Shown here one piece after another: positions 18,590-28,140 of a DNA stretch of 64,000 nucleotides. Location: contig CAXBMO010000002.1 of assembly GCA_963977015.1 (NCBI GenBank), positions 192,001-256,000 of the forward strand, in the 5' to 3' direction. Both the position numbers and the translations under genes were made by a program. This stretch comes from an uncultured bacterium. GTDB lineage: Bacteria; Verrucomicrobiota; Verrucomicrobiia; Verrucomicrobiales; DEV007. A model generated the notes under the pieces. It did not search any database. It worked only from the letters and a program-made list of their open reading frames with translations, and was not told where the DNA came from. Within the stretch, counting starts at the first letter, position 1. Every line of letters starts with the position of its first letter.

Positions 18590-20044
18590 TCAATCAGCAG
18601 GCACCGGGGGCAACAGACCGTGGCCGAGTGGAAGGTCGCTGTTGTTGGGACGGCGGGGCAATTTCGGCAATTCCACATCCGTGGGTGCCTGATAGCGGTT
18701 TCTGGGAGTCTGTGAGTCTCCGCCGCCGCGCAGCCCGGATAGAATGCCGCCGGAACTACTGCTTGGAACCGTAAGAGAAGGCGGCGTCCGAAACCCGGCG
18801 TCGTAGGAAGACCGTCCAGCTTCGTTTTCGCGAGCCCGGCGCAAATCCTTGGTTTTCATCAATCCCTTCTTCCCGTTGGGGAGTCGAACAGAGCTCCACT
18901 CATCACCTGCTTTGTCCATCGTGAGGAGCAGTCCATTCGGAATTGGAGTGTGCCCTGAAGCGAGGGCATCGCCAAAGGGATGAAATTCCGCTGTTCCATT
19001 GGCCGAAACGACATATTGGGACGGGTCGGAAGACAGCGGCACATTGGAAACCTCAGCTTTTTCTGAAGCCCGAAAGCGCTTGATTCCATTGCTTGAACTA
19101 CCGGACTCATCGATCAGATCCACCTGACCAACTTCCATATCGTCCTGGCTACGACCAGCAAACGAAGGCAATGAAGGGAGGCTGAAATTGCGTTGTTTGG
19201 ATGGAGAACCAACGGTGGCGTCTTCTTCCGCACTACGCTGAACCGATTGATCCATACCAGCCGCCATTTCAGCCGGATTGTCGTTGCCACGGCGAACGCC
19301 ATCCATCAGCCTTGAAAGTCGCCCCGGAGAATCTTCTGCCACGGCGGGTTCCGTCAGGTTGGATGCCGGAGCATTCGATGGTTGAACGAGATACTGATTG
19401 AGCGAAGAATTTGCCTGAGCCAACGTCTGATCCGGAGCTCTCGATTCACCGCCGCCGGGAAGCATTTTGCCGGCAACACCGACGACCCCCTGCGTTACAT
19501 TACTGGCGAGCCCACGTGATTCTCCGCCCATGTTTCCGGCGGCATTACTCAGGCGCTGAAGTGGCCCCGCGTCTTCATCAATCAATCCGGCCCGGCGACG
19601 CTCAATGTAGGATTCATTGGTCATCACGGAATCCAATCCGTCACCAATGCTCTCCAGGAGCCCCCTTCGCTCACGAACCGGCTCGTAAGTCGTGCCTTGG
19701 CGCATTTTCTGGAGACGTTGGGTTTGCCAGGTTCCATCGGTAATTCCGGTCGATGCGGGATACTTTCTCCTCCGCGAATCTGCACTCTCCGGCTTTGAAA
19801 AGCTCGAAGTCGCATCCTTCATGATGCTTCTCAACTTCCGCGAACGTTCCAAGGCCATTTCTTCCTGGCGACGCTCATAGGTGCGGAGATCCTGCTGAAA
19901 TACGGGACCGGTCCCCGGGCCCATTTGTGACTCGAGTCGCGCTTGACTCGATGCCCGAAGAAGGTCATCCCGAGATTGCGCCGCTGAAGTTGCAATCCCG
20001 ACAGAAAGGAGCATCGGAATCGCAAAAAAAAGTTGTTTGTTCAT
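18590..20044 (-). CDS. Secreted, largely low-complexity protein with SH3b-like domain near the C-terminus
   Basis: Signal peptide; GDEWSSVRLPNGKKGLMKTKDL resembles a bacterial SH3; Pro-rich tail. Confidence 0.65.
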   Translation of the reverse strand: MNKQLFFAIPMLLSVGIATSAAQSRDDLLRASSQARLESQMGPGTGPVFQQDLRTYERRQEEMALERSRKLRSIMKDATSSFSKPESADSRRRKYPASTGITDGTWQTQRLQKMRQGTTYEPVRERRGLLESIGDGLDSVMTNESYIERRRAGLIDEDAGPLQRLSNAAGNMGGESRGLASNVTQGVVGVAGKMLPGGGESRAPDQTLAQANSSLNQYLVQPSNAPASNLTEPAVAEDSPGRLSRLMDGVRRGNDNPAEMAAGMDQSVQRSAEEDATVGSPSKQRNFSLPSLPSFAGRSQDDMEVGQVDLIDESGSSSNGIKRFRASEKAEVSNVPLSSDPSQYVVSANGTAEFHPFGDALASGHTPIPNGLLLTMDKAGDEWSSVRLPNGKKGLMKTKDLRRARENEAGRSSYDAGFRTPPSLTVPSSSSGGILSGLRGGGDSQTPRNRYQAPTDVELPKLPRRPNNSDLPLGHGLLPPVPAD

Positions 20045-20225
20045 GTTGGTAGGGGAAGTGAGCGGCGATCATAACGTAAAGGGGATCAGGCGTCCATCCT
20101 TTCTTCCCCCTTCGGAACACCGGTTTTTTTCTTTCTTTCACGGTGGATTTGGGCAGTATTCAGGCGAACCCACATTTGGCCTTTTTCGCGAAAGGTAGGG
20201 GGCGGGTTCTCGACCAACTGCAAAC

Positions 20226-21200
20226 ATGGCCACCACTTTCAACGACTTTGATCGCGCACTCACGGACAACCAGCTCACGCTGAACCGCGACCGGCCCGAG
20301 ATCCTTCAACTCAACGTTGGCAAACTCTGCAACCTGACCTGCGTGCATTGTCACGTCAACGCCGGCCCCAAGCGGAAGGAGATCGTATCCGGCGAGACCA
20401 TCGACAAGATATTGGATTGGTTTGGCCAAACGGAGATTGGGACATTGGATATGACCGGAGGAACGCCGGAGATGGTCCCCGATTTCCGGCGGTTGGTAAC
20501 CACCGTGCGAAATTTCGACCAACCACGCCGGGTGATGGATCGGCTGAACGCGACCATCGTGAACGAACCAGGGTATGAATGGGTGGCGGAGTTTCTGGCC
20601 GAAAACCAGGTCGAGATTATCGCGTCGATGCCGTGTTACCAACCCGACAACGTAAACGAACAACGGGGTGACGGCGTTTTTGATTCCAGCATCAAGGCCT
20701 TCCAAATTCTCAACGAGCTGGGTTACGGTAAAGATCCCAATCTGGTGCTCAACTTCGTTTACAATCCGAACGGCGCCTTTCTGCCCCCGGAGCAGGAACA
20801 GCTGGAAGCGGATTATCGCCGCGAGATGAAGGCGCATTTTGGAATTGAGTTCAATCGCCTCTATTGTATCGCCAACATGCCGATTGCCAGATTCTCGGCC
20901 TATCTGAAGCGGAATGGCCAACTCAAGGAATACATGGAAGTCTTGAAGGACGCATTCAATCCATCAACAGTGGATGGCTTAATGTGCCGGAACACGATCA
21001 ACGTCAGCTACGAGGGCGAAGTCTTTGATTGCGACTTCAACCAAATGCTGAAGATGCACACGAAGAACGGTCACCCCGGCCCAATCAACGTTTGGGATAT
21101 TGATCCGCTGACCTTCTCCGATATCCCGATTCGCACCGGCTCCCATTGTTTTGGATGCACCGCCGGAAGCGGCAGTTCCTGCGGTGGCGCGTTGACCTAG
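20226..21200 (+). CDS. arsS: Radical SAM protein, ArsS/DUF3641 family
   Basis: LQLNVGKLCNLTCVHCHVNAGP, DCDFNQM and HCFGCTAGSGSSCGGAL. Confidence 0.9.
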   Translation: MATTFNDFDRALTDNQLTLNRDRPEILQLNVGKLCNLTCVHCHVNAGPKRKEIVSGETIDKILDWFGQTEIGTLDMTGGTPEMVPDFRRLVTTVRNFDQPRRVMDRLNATIVNEPGYEWVAEFLAENQVEIIASMPCYQPDNVNEQRGDGVFDSSIKAFQILNELGYGKDPNLVLNFVYNPNGAFLPPEQEQLEADYRREMKAHFGIEFNRLYCIANMPIARFSAYLKRNGQLKEYMEVLKDAFNPSTVDGLMCRNTINVSYEGEVFDCDFNQMLKMHTKNGHPGPINVWDIDPLTFSDIPIRTGSHCFGCTAGSGSSCGGALT

Positions 21201-21216
21201 TCACGGGATTCCACCC

Positions 21217-21498
21217 CTAACCGTTTTTCTCATCGCCCAGCCCGCTATTGTCTTTCTGACTCTCAGGCAGATAGCCGGGAACGTATTGAGCCTTGTCGGC
21301 AAACCTGTCAAAACGATTGGAGAGGATCAATAACGTCGGAGCCCAAAGCCCGATGAAAATGCCAAATCGCTCGGCATGCGCTCGTTGTTCCGGAGTGTCG
21401 CCGTTCAGGAACCACCAAACTGCGATCGACAAGACAATCGAGATCATTCCCGACTGAAAGCAAATTGCGCTGAGAACTCGACACGTGTTGGGGTTCAT
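21217..21498 (-). CDS. Small two-TM membrane protein
   Basis: Two hydrophobic helices, including AERFGIFIGLWAPTL; fills the intergenic gap. Confidence 0.7.
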   Translation of the reverse strand: MNPNTCRVLSAICFQSGMISIVLSIAVWWFLNGDTPEQRAHAERFGIFIGLWAPTLLILSNRFDRFADKAQYVPGYLPESQKDNSGLGDEKNG

Positions 21499-21583
21499 TG
21501 GCGAATCGTCGTCCTAAAGATGAAAATGCCTACGCCTGTGTTGGCAATGGCTGCGCATCATTTTGACCAGCCACGCGATCCAT

Positions 21584-23362
21584 TTACCGGATCACCATTT
21601 CATCCAGATAAAAGGTCATCGGTTCGCCATTCGCGGCGAGCGACCACGCAAAAGGAGTCTTGATCCGGCTCAAATCCTGTCCGCTGAGAAGGAAGCCGTA
21701 TCGCGTCCATTCCGTCTTCAATTTCAGCTCCATTTCCAGTTTGGCAGAATCATGAAAAGGCTTGTCTTCACCGATCAATCCGAAGCAGAACTTCACCTTT
21801 TCTCCCCCCTTTGCCCCGCGCGCCCAAAAGGTCATTTCCTTCGCTCCCGCCAAATTCAGGCCGCCAGGCGCATCGCCCCAGTCGTTGGGCGGATCCTGCC
21901 AGACAACGCCGCCCCAGCCATCGCCTTTGGTGAATCGAACCTCGAGGCAGTGATCCCCCACCTTTGGAGAATCCGTGCAATCTTCCCGCATCTGAATCGA
22001 ACCGCCGTCCCCCATGTAGCCCGAGGGATAGTAGATCGGTGAAGCGGTTGGCTCATCAAAGACCGTCAACGGAAGCTTTGCCGTCGCGGCAACCGGGGGA
22101 CGGCGAGGTGCGTCCACTTTGAGAGACAAGTTCGCCACGGCCGCTCCCCCCGCATTGTCATAGACATAGGCGTAGAGCCGGTAAAATCCGCCGTTGGACG
22201 GCATTTGGAATTCGGCGCCGCTCAAATCCCCCCGAATCAAGGCTTCCGGATATTCCCTTGGGCGCTGCTGGGCATAGCCCCCGAATCCATAGTCCAGCGC
22301 GTCATCCATCAATACCCATTTCATCCGCAGCGGATCGCCCTCGGGATCGCTTGCCGAAAGGGTCGGCTTCACGATCGCCCCCGGTTTCAGTGAGGCATCG
22401 CCGGCCCATTTGAGCGCTTCGATTTGCGGCACGCGATTCTTGACCGGTGCCCCCCAAAGCTCCGCCATGGTATCGACCGCCGCAGTTCGTTCGCCAGATT
22501 CCAGGAGCATCCCAAACCACGTCGCGGTTGCCTCCTGCTTGTTCCCCCAAAGAAATGCGTAGGAGCCCAGCCCCATTGGGTCCGATGCAATTCCCTGGTA
22601 AGCGGAACCGTAAAATTTCGCCTTCTCGCCACTCTTCATCTCATCCGCAGCTCCAATTCCATTCCGGCCAACTTCCCAGAATCCCAGCGGCCCAAACTCC
22701 GTCAACACGACCGGCTTCGTCCCGCCCAGTTCGCGGTATCGCTTCATCAGGCTGGAAGCTCCTCCATAAGCGTTGATTCCCAACAAATCGAGATCCGGAC
22801 AGTGAGCTTCAATCGACGGCACTTTTTTACCCCCCACCTCCGCGATCACGGTCATCGTCGGATGGTTGGGATCCAGCTCCTTCACCAGCTTTGCCAGGCT
22901 GTTGATTTGCCGCCACAGAGCCACATTGGTATCACCACCCTCCCCGACTTCCATCTCATTACCGAGCCCCCACACCAAAACGGCGGGATGATCTTTGAAC
23001 TTCTCCACCGCTTCCCGAACCTGAGTTCTCTGGCGCTCGAGCAATGCCGCGTCCTCGTAGTTGGCTCCGTGATTCAGGTGATCCAGCCAAATCCCAACCG
23101 CCACCGTCAAACCTTGCTCATGGGCGGCGTCCAGGAGATCTCCGGTTTTCGCGTCCACGCCCCAGGTCCGGATCGAATTCGCCCCACACGTCTTCAACAA
23201 CTCCAACGCGGAACTTCCTCCTCCACCTTTGATTTCATAGGGCTTTCCCGCTCGAACCAATCGCCACGTTCCCTCCCCTTCTTCCAATTTCACCGGGACC
23301 GGCGCAGCCTGACTTGCCAGCACGGAAGAGAGAAGAACTAGGAGCGCAATCAAGGGGGTCAT
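21584..23362 (-). CDS. Secreted GH2-like TIM-barrel glycoside hydrolase with C-terminal CBM-like domain
   Basis: GANSIRTW, HPAVLVWGLGNE (acid/base) and VLTEFGP (nucleophile); C-terminal PSGYMGD...WGGVVW domain. Confidence 0.85.
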   Translation of the reverse strand: MTPLIALLVLLSSVLASQAAPVPVKLEEGEGTWRLVRAGKPYEIKGGGGSSALELLKTCGANSIRTWGVDAKTGDLLDAAHEQGLTVAVGIWLDHLNHGANYEDAALLERQRTQVREAVEKFKDHPAVLVWGLGNEMEVGEGGDTNVALWRQINSLAKLVKELDPNHPTMTVIAEVGGKKVPSIEAHCPDLDLLGINAYGGASSLMKRYRELGGTKPVVLTEFGPLGFWEVGRNGIGAADEMKSGEKAKFYGSAYQGIASDPMGLGSYAFLWGNKQEATATWFGMLLESGERTAAVDTMAELWGAPVKNRVPQIEALKWAGDASLKPGAIVKPTLSASDPEGDPLRMKWVLMDDALDYGFGGYAQQRPREYPEALIRGDLSGAEFQMPSNGGFYRLYAYVYDNAGGAAVANLSLKVDAPRRPPVAATAKLPLTVFDEPTASPIYYPSGYMGDGGSIQMREDCTDSPKVGDHCLEVRFTKGDGWGGVVWQDPPNDWGDAPGGLNLAGAKEMTFWARGAKGGEKVKFCFGLIGEDKPFHDSAKLEMELKLKTEWTRYGFLLSGQDLSRIKTPFAWSLAANGEPMTFYLDEMVIR

Positions 23363-23477
23363 TGATCAGCGTTTCACAAACCCACAGGGATGCAAGCTGC
23401 GAAGTTTTCCAACAAAAGACGGCAAGAGCAAAAACTATTGACGACGCCCCACCTGTTCGTTCAGGGTTTTCGACACT

Positions 23478-24089
23478 ATGCGTTTAGGATGCTTTGGGAT
23501 CTTTTTGGCGATTGCCTTACTTTGGGGTGGCGGTCAGATGACTTATGTCGGTTTCACCAATCGAGAACCGACGGAAGTAACGATTGATGAACTCATCCAA
23601 GAGAAGCCGTCAGCCAAATGGCTTAAGGTTACCGACGGCAGAATCGATTTCTTAAACTGCGTTTATCAGGAGTCCATCACCGGCGAAGCCAAGGAGTTGT
23701 ACATCCCAATTGTTTCAAAGGAATCCGAGGACGAGCAGATCCACGTGATTTATCACACCCAGGAACCGGAGTATTTTGAGACGTTCAAGAAGCTGCAAGC
23801 CATTGGAGACAATGAGGAAATGTCGGAAGGCGAGGTGATTCTCAAGATCGCCGAGATGAGCGAACAACTCTTTGAAGAGAAAGACGTGATGGGGCTGGTT
23901 GAATTTGGTATCGACTCCGACAGCGGCGATGACAAAGCCCGGGGCCTGTTCGAGAATCTGGCTGAGGGAGCCATCATGATCCAGGCAGAAGAGAAGCCAT
24001 CACTCGGTGCTGGTGTTGCGATGCTCGTGGTCGGAATTGGGATCGCAGCCTTTATGGGCCGGGGAATGCTGTCGAAAGAATCGGAATAG
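23478..24089 (+). CDS. Hypothetical membrane protein
   Basis: N- and C-terminal TM helices flank an acidic soluble domain. Confidence 0.75.
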   Translation: MRLGCFGIFLAIALLWGGGQMTYVGFTNREPTEVTIDELIQEKPSAKWLKVTDGRIDFLNCVYQESITGEAKELYIPIVSKESEDEQIHVIYHTQEPEYFETFKKLQAIGDNEEMSEGEVILKIAEMSEQLFEEKDVMGLVEFGIDSDSGDDKARGLFENLAEGAIMIQAEEKPSLGAGVAMLVVGIGIAAFMGRGMLSKESE

Positions 24090-24126
24090 TTTGCGACCCG
24101 CGTCCAAAACAGAAACTACGGCCACT

Positions 24127-25764
24127 CTACAGCGCCATCAAGCCGGTGATCTTCCCATCCGCGTCAATGTCGATCCCTTCGGCCGCGGGAACTCTGGGTA
24201 ACGCCGGCATGCGAAGAATATCTCCCGTCAGTGCGACGAGAAACCCGGCGCCATTGGCAATTTCAAAATCGCGAACCGTGATGTCGAAATTTCGGGGACG
24301 CCCCAGAACGGATGGATCATCGGAAATGGAGTTCTGAGTTTTGGCCATGCAAATGGGAAGCTTGTCGAGCCCGAGCTTCTCAAATCGATTCAACTTTTTC
24401 CGGGCAGCAGGAGCCAAAACAACCCCGTTTGCTCCATAAATCTCGCGAGCAATCGTTTCGATCTTCTCCGGAACGCTGGCGCTCACCGGATAGAGAGGTT
24501 CCAAAGCGGGACTCTCCTGCCTCGCGGCTTCAACCACGATATCTGCCAGATCAGCACTCCCCGGACCTCCATCTGCAAATCCCTTGGAAACCGCACAAGG
24601 AATCGATCGGGAATCGCAATAACGGCGAACCCGTTCAAACTCTTCGTCCGTGTCGGCCGGGAACGCATTGATCGCCACCACAAGTGGACGCTTGAACTTG
24701 GCCGCCGCTTCCAGATGAGCCGCGAGATTCTCGAGGCCGCGATCAACGGCATCGGGATCGGAATTGGTTAAATCGGCCAGCGCGACACCGCCATGCATCT
24801 TGAGCGCACGAATCGTTGCAACGAGAACGACTGCATCCGGCGAAATTCCTGCCGAGCGGCATTTGATGTCGAAAAACTTTTCCCCGCCAAGATCAAAGGC
24901 AAATCCCGCTTCGGTGATCGTGTAATCCGATCCACCAAGCGCCGTCCGCGTCGCAAGCACCGAGTTGCAACCATGGGCAATGTTCGCGAAGGGCCCACCG
25001 TGGACAACCGCCGGAACTCCTTCCAAGGATTGCACCAAATTCGGACGCAGCGCATCGTGCAAAATGGCAAGCAGGGCCCCGGTGATCCTGAGGCTGGAAG
25101 CAAACACGGGGTTCCACTCCGCATCGTAGCCGAGCAAAATTCGGTTGAGCCGTTCACGCAAATCTTCCATCGACTCGGCCAGACAAAAAATCGCCATGAC
25201 TTCACTGGCCGCAGTGATGTCGAACCCGCATTCCCGAGGAACACCATGTCCTCCAAGCCCGGGGTTGATTGCGCGCAACGAACGATCATTCGCGTCCAGC
25301 ACCCGTTTCCAAAGCACTCGTCGAGGATCCAGTGTGGTGGATCGAAAGTGGAGTTGATTGTCCAGCGTGGAAGCAATCAGATTATGGGCGGTAGTGATGG
25401 CGTGAAAATCGCCGTTGAAGTGGAGATTGATCTTCTCCGACGGCGTCAATGAAGCCAAACCGCCTCCAGTTGCCCCACCTTTCCGTCCAAAAACAGGCCC
25501 CATCGAAGGTTCACGCAGAGCCAACGCAACATTGTGACCGCGGTGACGCATTCCCTGAGCCAACGCAATCGAAGTCGTGGTTTTCCCTTCTCCCGCAGGT
25601 GTCGGCGTAATCGCACTGACGAGGATGAGCTTTCCGCGGGCGGGACGCGAAGTCACGAAATCCAGGTCGATTTTCGCACGATCCTTGCCATAGCATTCCA
25701 AATGCTCTGCGGGAATCTCTAAGTCGCTTGCGACATCCTGGATCTCTCGAATCACCATGAGCAT
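24127..25764 (-). CDS. fhs: Formate--tetrahydrofolate ligase (start 25764 or 25758)
   Basis: TPTPAGEGKTT, INLHFNGDFHAIT, HGGPFANIAHG and ICMAKT. Confidence 0.97.
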   Translation of the reverse strand: MLMVIREIQDVASDLEIPAEHLECYGKDRAKIDLDFVTSRPARGKLILVSAITPTPAGEGKTTTSIALAQGMRHRGHNVALALREPSMGPVFGRKGGATGGGLASLTPSEKINLHFNGDFHAITTAHNLIASTLDNQLHFRSTTLDPRRVLWKRVLDANDRSLRAINPGLGGHGVPRECGFDITAASEVMAIFCLAESMEDLRERLNRILLGYDAEWNPVFASSLRITGALLAILHDALRPNLVQSLEGVPAVVHGGPFANIAHGCNSVLATRTALGGSDYTITEAGFAFDLGGEKFFDIKCRSAGISPDAVVLVATIRALKMHGGVALADLTNSDPDAVDRGLENLAAHLEAAAKFKRPLVVAINAFPADTDEEFERVRRYCDSRSIPCAVSKGFADGGPGSADLADIVVEAARQESPALEPLYPVSASVPEKIETIAREIYGANGVVLAPAARKKLNRFEKLGLDKLPICMAKTQNSISDDPSVLGRPRNFDITVRDFEIANGAGFLVALTGDILRMPALPRVPAAEGIDIDADGKITGLMAL

Positions 25765-25908
25765 CCCTTCAAACGCGAGCCCCTCGGTTTCAAGCTTTTT
25801 GTTTGTCATCAGGGACTGCGATGATACGGAACCTAGATCGAAGGAAATTGCCTAACAGAGTAATCGTCGTTTGCATATTGGCAGGGTCATCCGACCATCT
25901 GCCCCATC

Positions 25909-27159
25909 ATGGAACGCCGCGTTGTCATCACCGGCCTTGGAGTCGTTACGTCTCTTGGCTGGGATCTTACCACCTTTTGGAATCATTTAGTCACCGGCCG
26001 AAGTGGGATTCGTCGCGTTCAGGGATTCGAGACTTCGGGTTTGCGCTGCCAAATCGGAGCGGAACTTCTCGATTTTGATGCCAGCCCCTATTTCGCCAAT
26101 TCTCGCGATGCGAAACGCGCGGATCGCTTCATTCAATATTCCGTTGCGGCTTCCAAAATGGCCGTCGCCGAATCGGGGCTCGACCTCGAAAATTTGGCAG
26201 ACCCCGGCAAAGCTGGAGTCTTTCTCGGGACCGGCGTTGGCGGTTTGAGGACCACGGAAATCAGCCAACACGTTCTGGATGAAAAGGGGCCCGGCAAAGT
26301 TTCCGCCTTTGCGATTCCCATGATGATTGGAAATGCGGCGGGCGGTCTGGTCGCGATGGATTTTGGAATCACCGGTCCCAATTTCTGTGTCACGTCAGCC
26401 TGTGCAACGGGGTGCCATGCGATGGGCGAAGCGTGGAAAACGATCAAATTCGGCGATGCCGACGTAATGATTGCTGGTGGGTCCGAGTCCGCCGTGACGC
26501 GACTGGCTTTTGCGGGTTTCGGGAATATGCGGGCTCTCAGCCGGCGGAACGACGAACCGGAACGCGCCTCACGCCCCTTCGATTTGGACCGTGATGGCTT
26601 TGTCATGGGCGAAGGAGCCGGCGTCGTGATCCTCGAAGAATTGGAAAGCGCGAAGAAACGTGGCGCGACCATTTTTGCCGAATTGGTCGGCTACGGAACG
26701 TCGGCCGATGCCTTTCACCCGACCATGCCACATCCCGAGGGACGTGGAGCCAGCCAATGCATGGAACGAGCCCTCGCTCGCGCAAAGCTGAATCCAAACC
26801 AAGTCGAATACATCAACGCCCACGGCACCTCGACCCCTCACGGCGACATTGCCGAAACCATGGCCATCAAACAAACCTTTGGCGACTACGCCCAAAATGG
26901 TCTCGCGGTCAGTTCCACCAAATCAATGACGGGCCATCTCCTCGGAGCAGCTGGCGGAGTCGAACTGGCAACCTGCGTGCTCGCGATCAAAAACCAGGTC
27001 GCACCGCCAACGATCAATCTGGAAACTCCCGACCCCAAATGCGACTTGGACTACGTGCCCAACGAAGCCAGGGAAATGCCGATCACTTCCGCATTGAACA
27101 ACTCGTTTGGATTCGGAGGAACCAACGCGACGCTGATCGTCTCAAAATTCCTCGGCTAA
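25909..27159 (+). CDS. fabF: Beta-ketoacyl-ACP synthase II
   Basis: RRVVITGLG, SACATG, NAHGTST, KSMTGHLLGAAG and NSFGFGG. Confidence 0.97.
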   Translation: MERRVVITGLGVVTSLGWDLTTFWNHLVTGRSGIRRVQGFETSGLRCQIGAELLDFDASPYFANSRDAKRADRFIQYSVAASKMAVAESGLDLENLADPGKAGVFLGTGVGGLRTTEISQHVLDEKGPGKVSAFAIPMMIGNAAGGLVAMDFGITGPNFCVTSACATGCHAMGEAWKTIKFGDADVMIAGGSESAVTRLAFAGFGNMRALSRRNDEPERASRPFDLDRDGFVMGEGAGVVILEELESAKKRGATIFAELVGYGTSADAFHPTMPHPEGRGASQCMERALARAKLNPNQVEYINAHGTSTPHGDIAETMAIKQTFGDYAQNGLAVSSTKSMTGHLLGAAGGVELATCVLAIKNQVAPPTINLETPDPKCDLDYVPNEAREMPITSALNNSFGFGGTNATLIVSKFLG

Positions 27160-27277
27160 GGGGAACTGGGACCTGGGAAATTGAAAACTGCGATCTCAAG
27201 TAGTTGAAGTGAACCTGTAGCCAACGGCTATGACGAGGATCAGGAAAGAGTGCGGCTAGGCCAAAAGAAGAGGATCA

Positions 27278-27322
27278 GCGGTATCTTTGGCCACCTGCAT
27301 CGTTCGTGATCGGTCTCAGAGC
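27278..27322. repeat. Left arm of a ~92-bp palindromic element split by the cassette
   Basis: TTTGGC, CCTGCA, CGTT, GTGA and CAGAGC blocks pair in order with blocks in 28141-28187. Confidence 0.8.
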
Positions 27323-27375
27323 GTCTTCGCTGTGCCGTCCGCGATCAGCGGATCGGAACCAGCGTTTTGTTCTGA
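27316..27375 (-). mobile_element. attC site (60 bp)
   Basis: Minus strand: R'' TCAGAAC, 5 nt, L'' GCTGGTTC, 20-nt hairpin, L' GCACAGC, 6 nt, R' G|CTCTGA. Two extrahelical bases; begins about 22 nt after the stop codon. Confidence 0.85.
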
Positions 27376-28139
27376 CTTCTTGTGTTCTACCATGGCGTTT
27401 ATCGATACTTTGAAACGATCTCCGTGTCCCCAATAAAACAATGCTTTAGCGTTCTCATAGACCGAGCTACGCGCTCTCCATCGTCCAGGCGACCACAATC
27501 TTCCGTCATGAATTCCTCGAGTTTCGGCGCAATTGAAGGCAGCGCACCCACAGATGTGAGATTTCGGCATCGGGCCAGCTCAAGCTGTTTCAACTTGGGC
27601 ATCGAGGAAAGCCCATCAAGCCTGTGAGGATTTGCCCAACAGACCATCATCTTCTGGACCGACGGAGGAACCAACAATCGCTCAAAGGTTGCCTTCTTCG
27701 GGTTGAAATGCCAAACGTGGTAGCGCTTCACGTTTGTCAGGGAATCGATTCCGATGTCCCTCTTGTTGAAGTGAATGATCAATTCCTCAAGATCAGGGAG
27801 CTTTGAAAAGTCGATACCGGGCCTCTTGGGGAACACTCCAAAGAACTTCAGCTTTGCCACGGAGTAGAGTCCATCGATATCCCTAACCTTGACGTCGTTG
27901 AACCACATCCGCTCCACAAAGGGAATTTGCCTAAGGAAATCCAACGTATCCTCCTCAAACCCCAGATAGGGGGCCCCAAAAATGCTCTTCACCCTTCGGC
28001 GTTGGATCTCCGCAACACATTCGTCGATTCTCGAAGATTCGATCCCAATTGAGTCAGCGCCTGCTGGACCCCATCCCGTCAGGAAGCCATTCTCCCGGTC
28101 GCAAACCATTCTTCTTTGTTGAATTCTTCTCGGTCAGAA
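27322..28139 (-). mobile_element. Solitary integron gene cassette (818 bp)
   Basis: Starts G|TTCTGAC (28140-28133), the exact complement of GTCAGAAC (27376-27369). About 30 nt of leader, a single ORF, then the attC. Confidence 0.82.
27399..28109 (-). CDS. Leucine-rich-repeat-like protein (cassette cargo)
   Basis: LxxLPxLxxL-type units: FSKLPDLEELII, LSSMPKLKQLELARCRNLTSV and APKLEEFMTEDCGRL. Confidence 0.75.
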   Translation of the reverse strand: MVCDRENGFLTGWGPAGADSIGIESSRIDECVAEIQRRRVKSIFGAPYLGFEEDTLDFLRQIPFVERMWFNDVKVRDIDGLYSVAKLKFFGVFPKRPGIDFSKLPDLEELIIHFNKRDIGIDSLTNVKRYHVWHFNPKKATFERLLVPPSVQKMMVCWANPHRLDGLSSMPKLKQLELARCRNLTSVGALPSIAPKLEEFMTEDCGRLDDGERVARSMRTLKHCFIGDTEIVSKYR

Positions 28140-28140
28140 C

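Noticed and set aside
21170-21200. Selenocysteine recoding in arsS
   Set aside because: The relevant codon is TGC (Cys) and the gene ends at TAG.
27160-27315. A second, degenerate cassette downstream of the attC
   Set aside because: Only short frameshifted hydrophobic fragments and no second attC. The sequence after the crossover is better explained as the left arm of the split palindrome.
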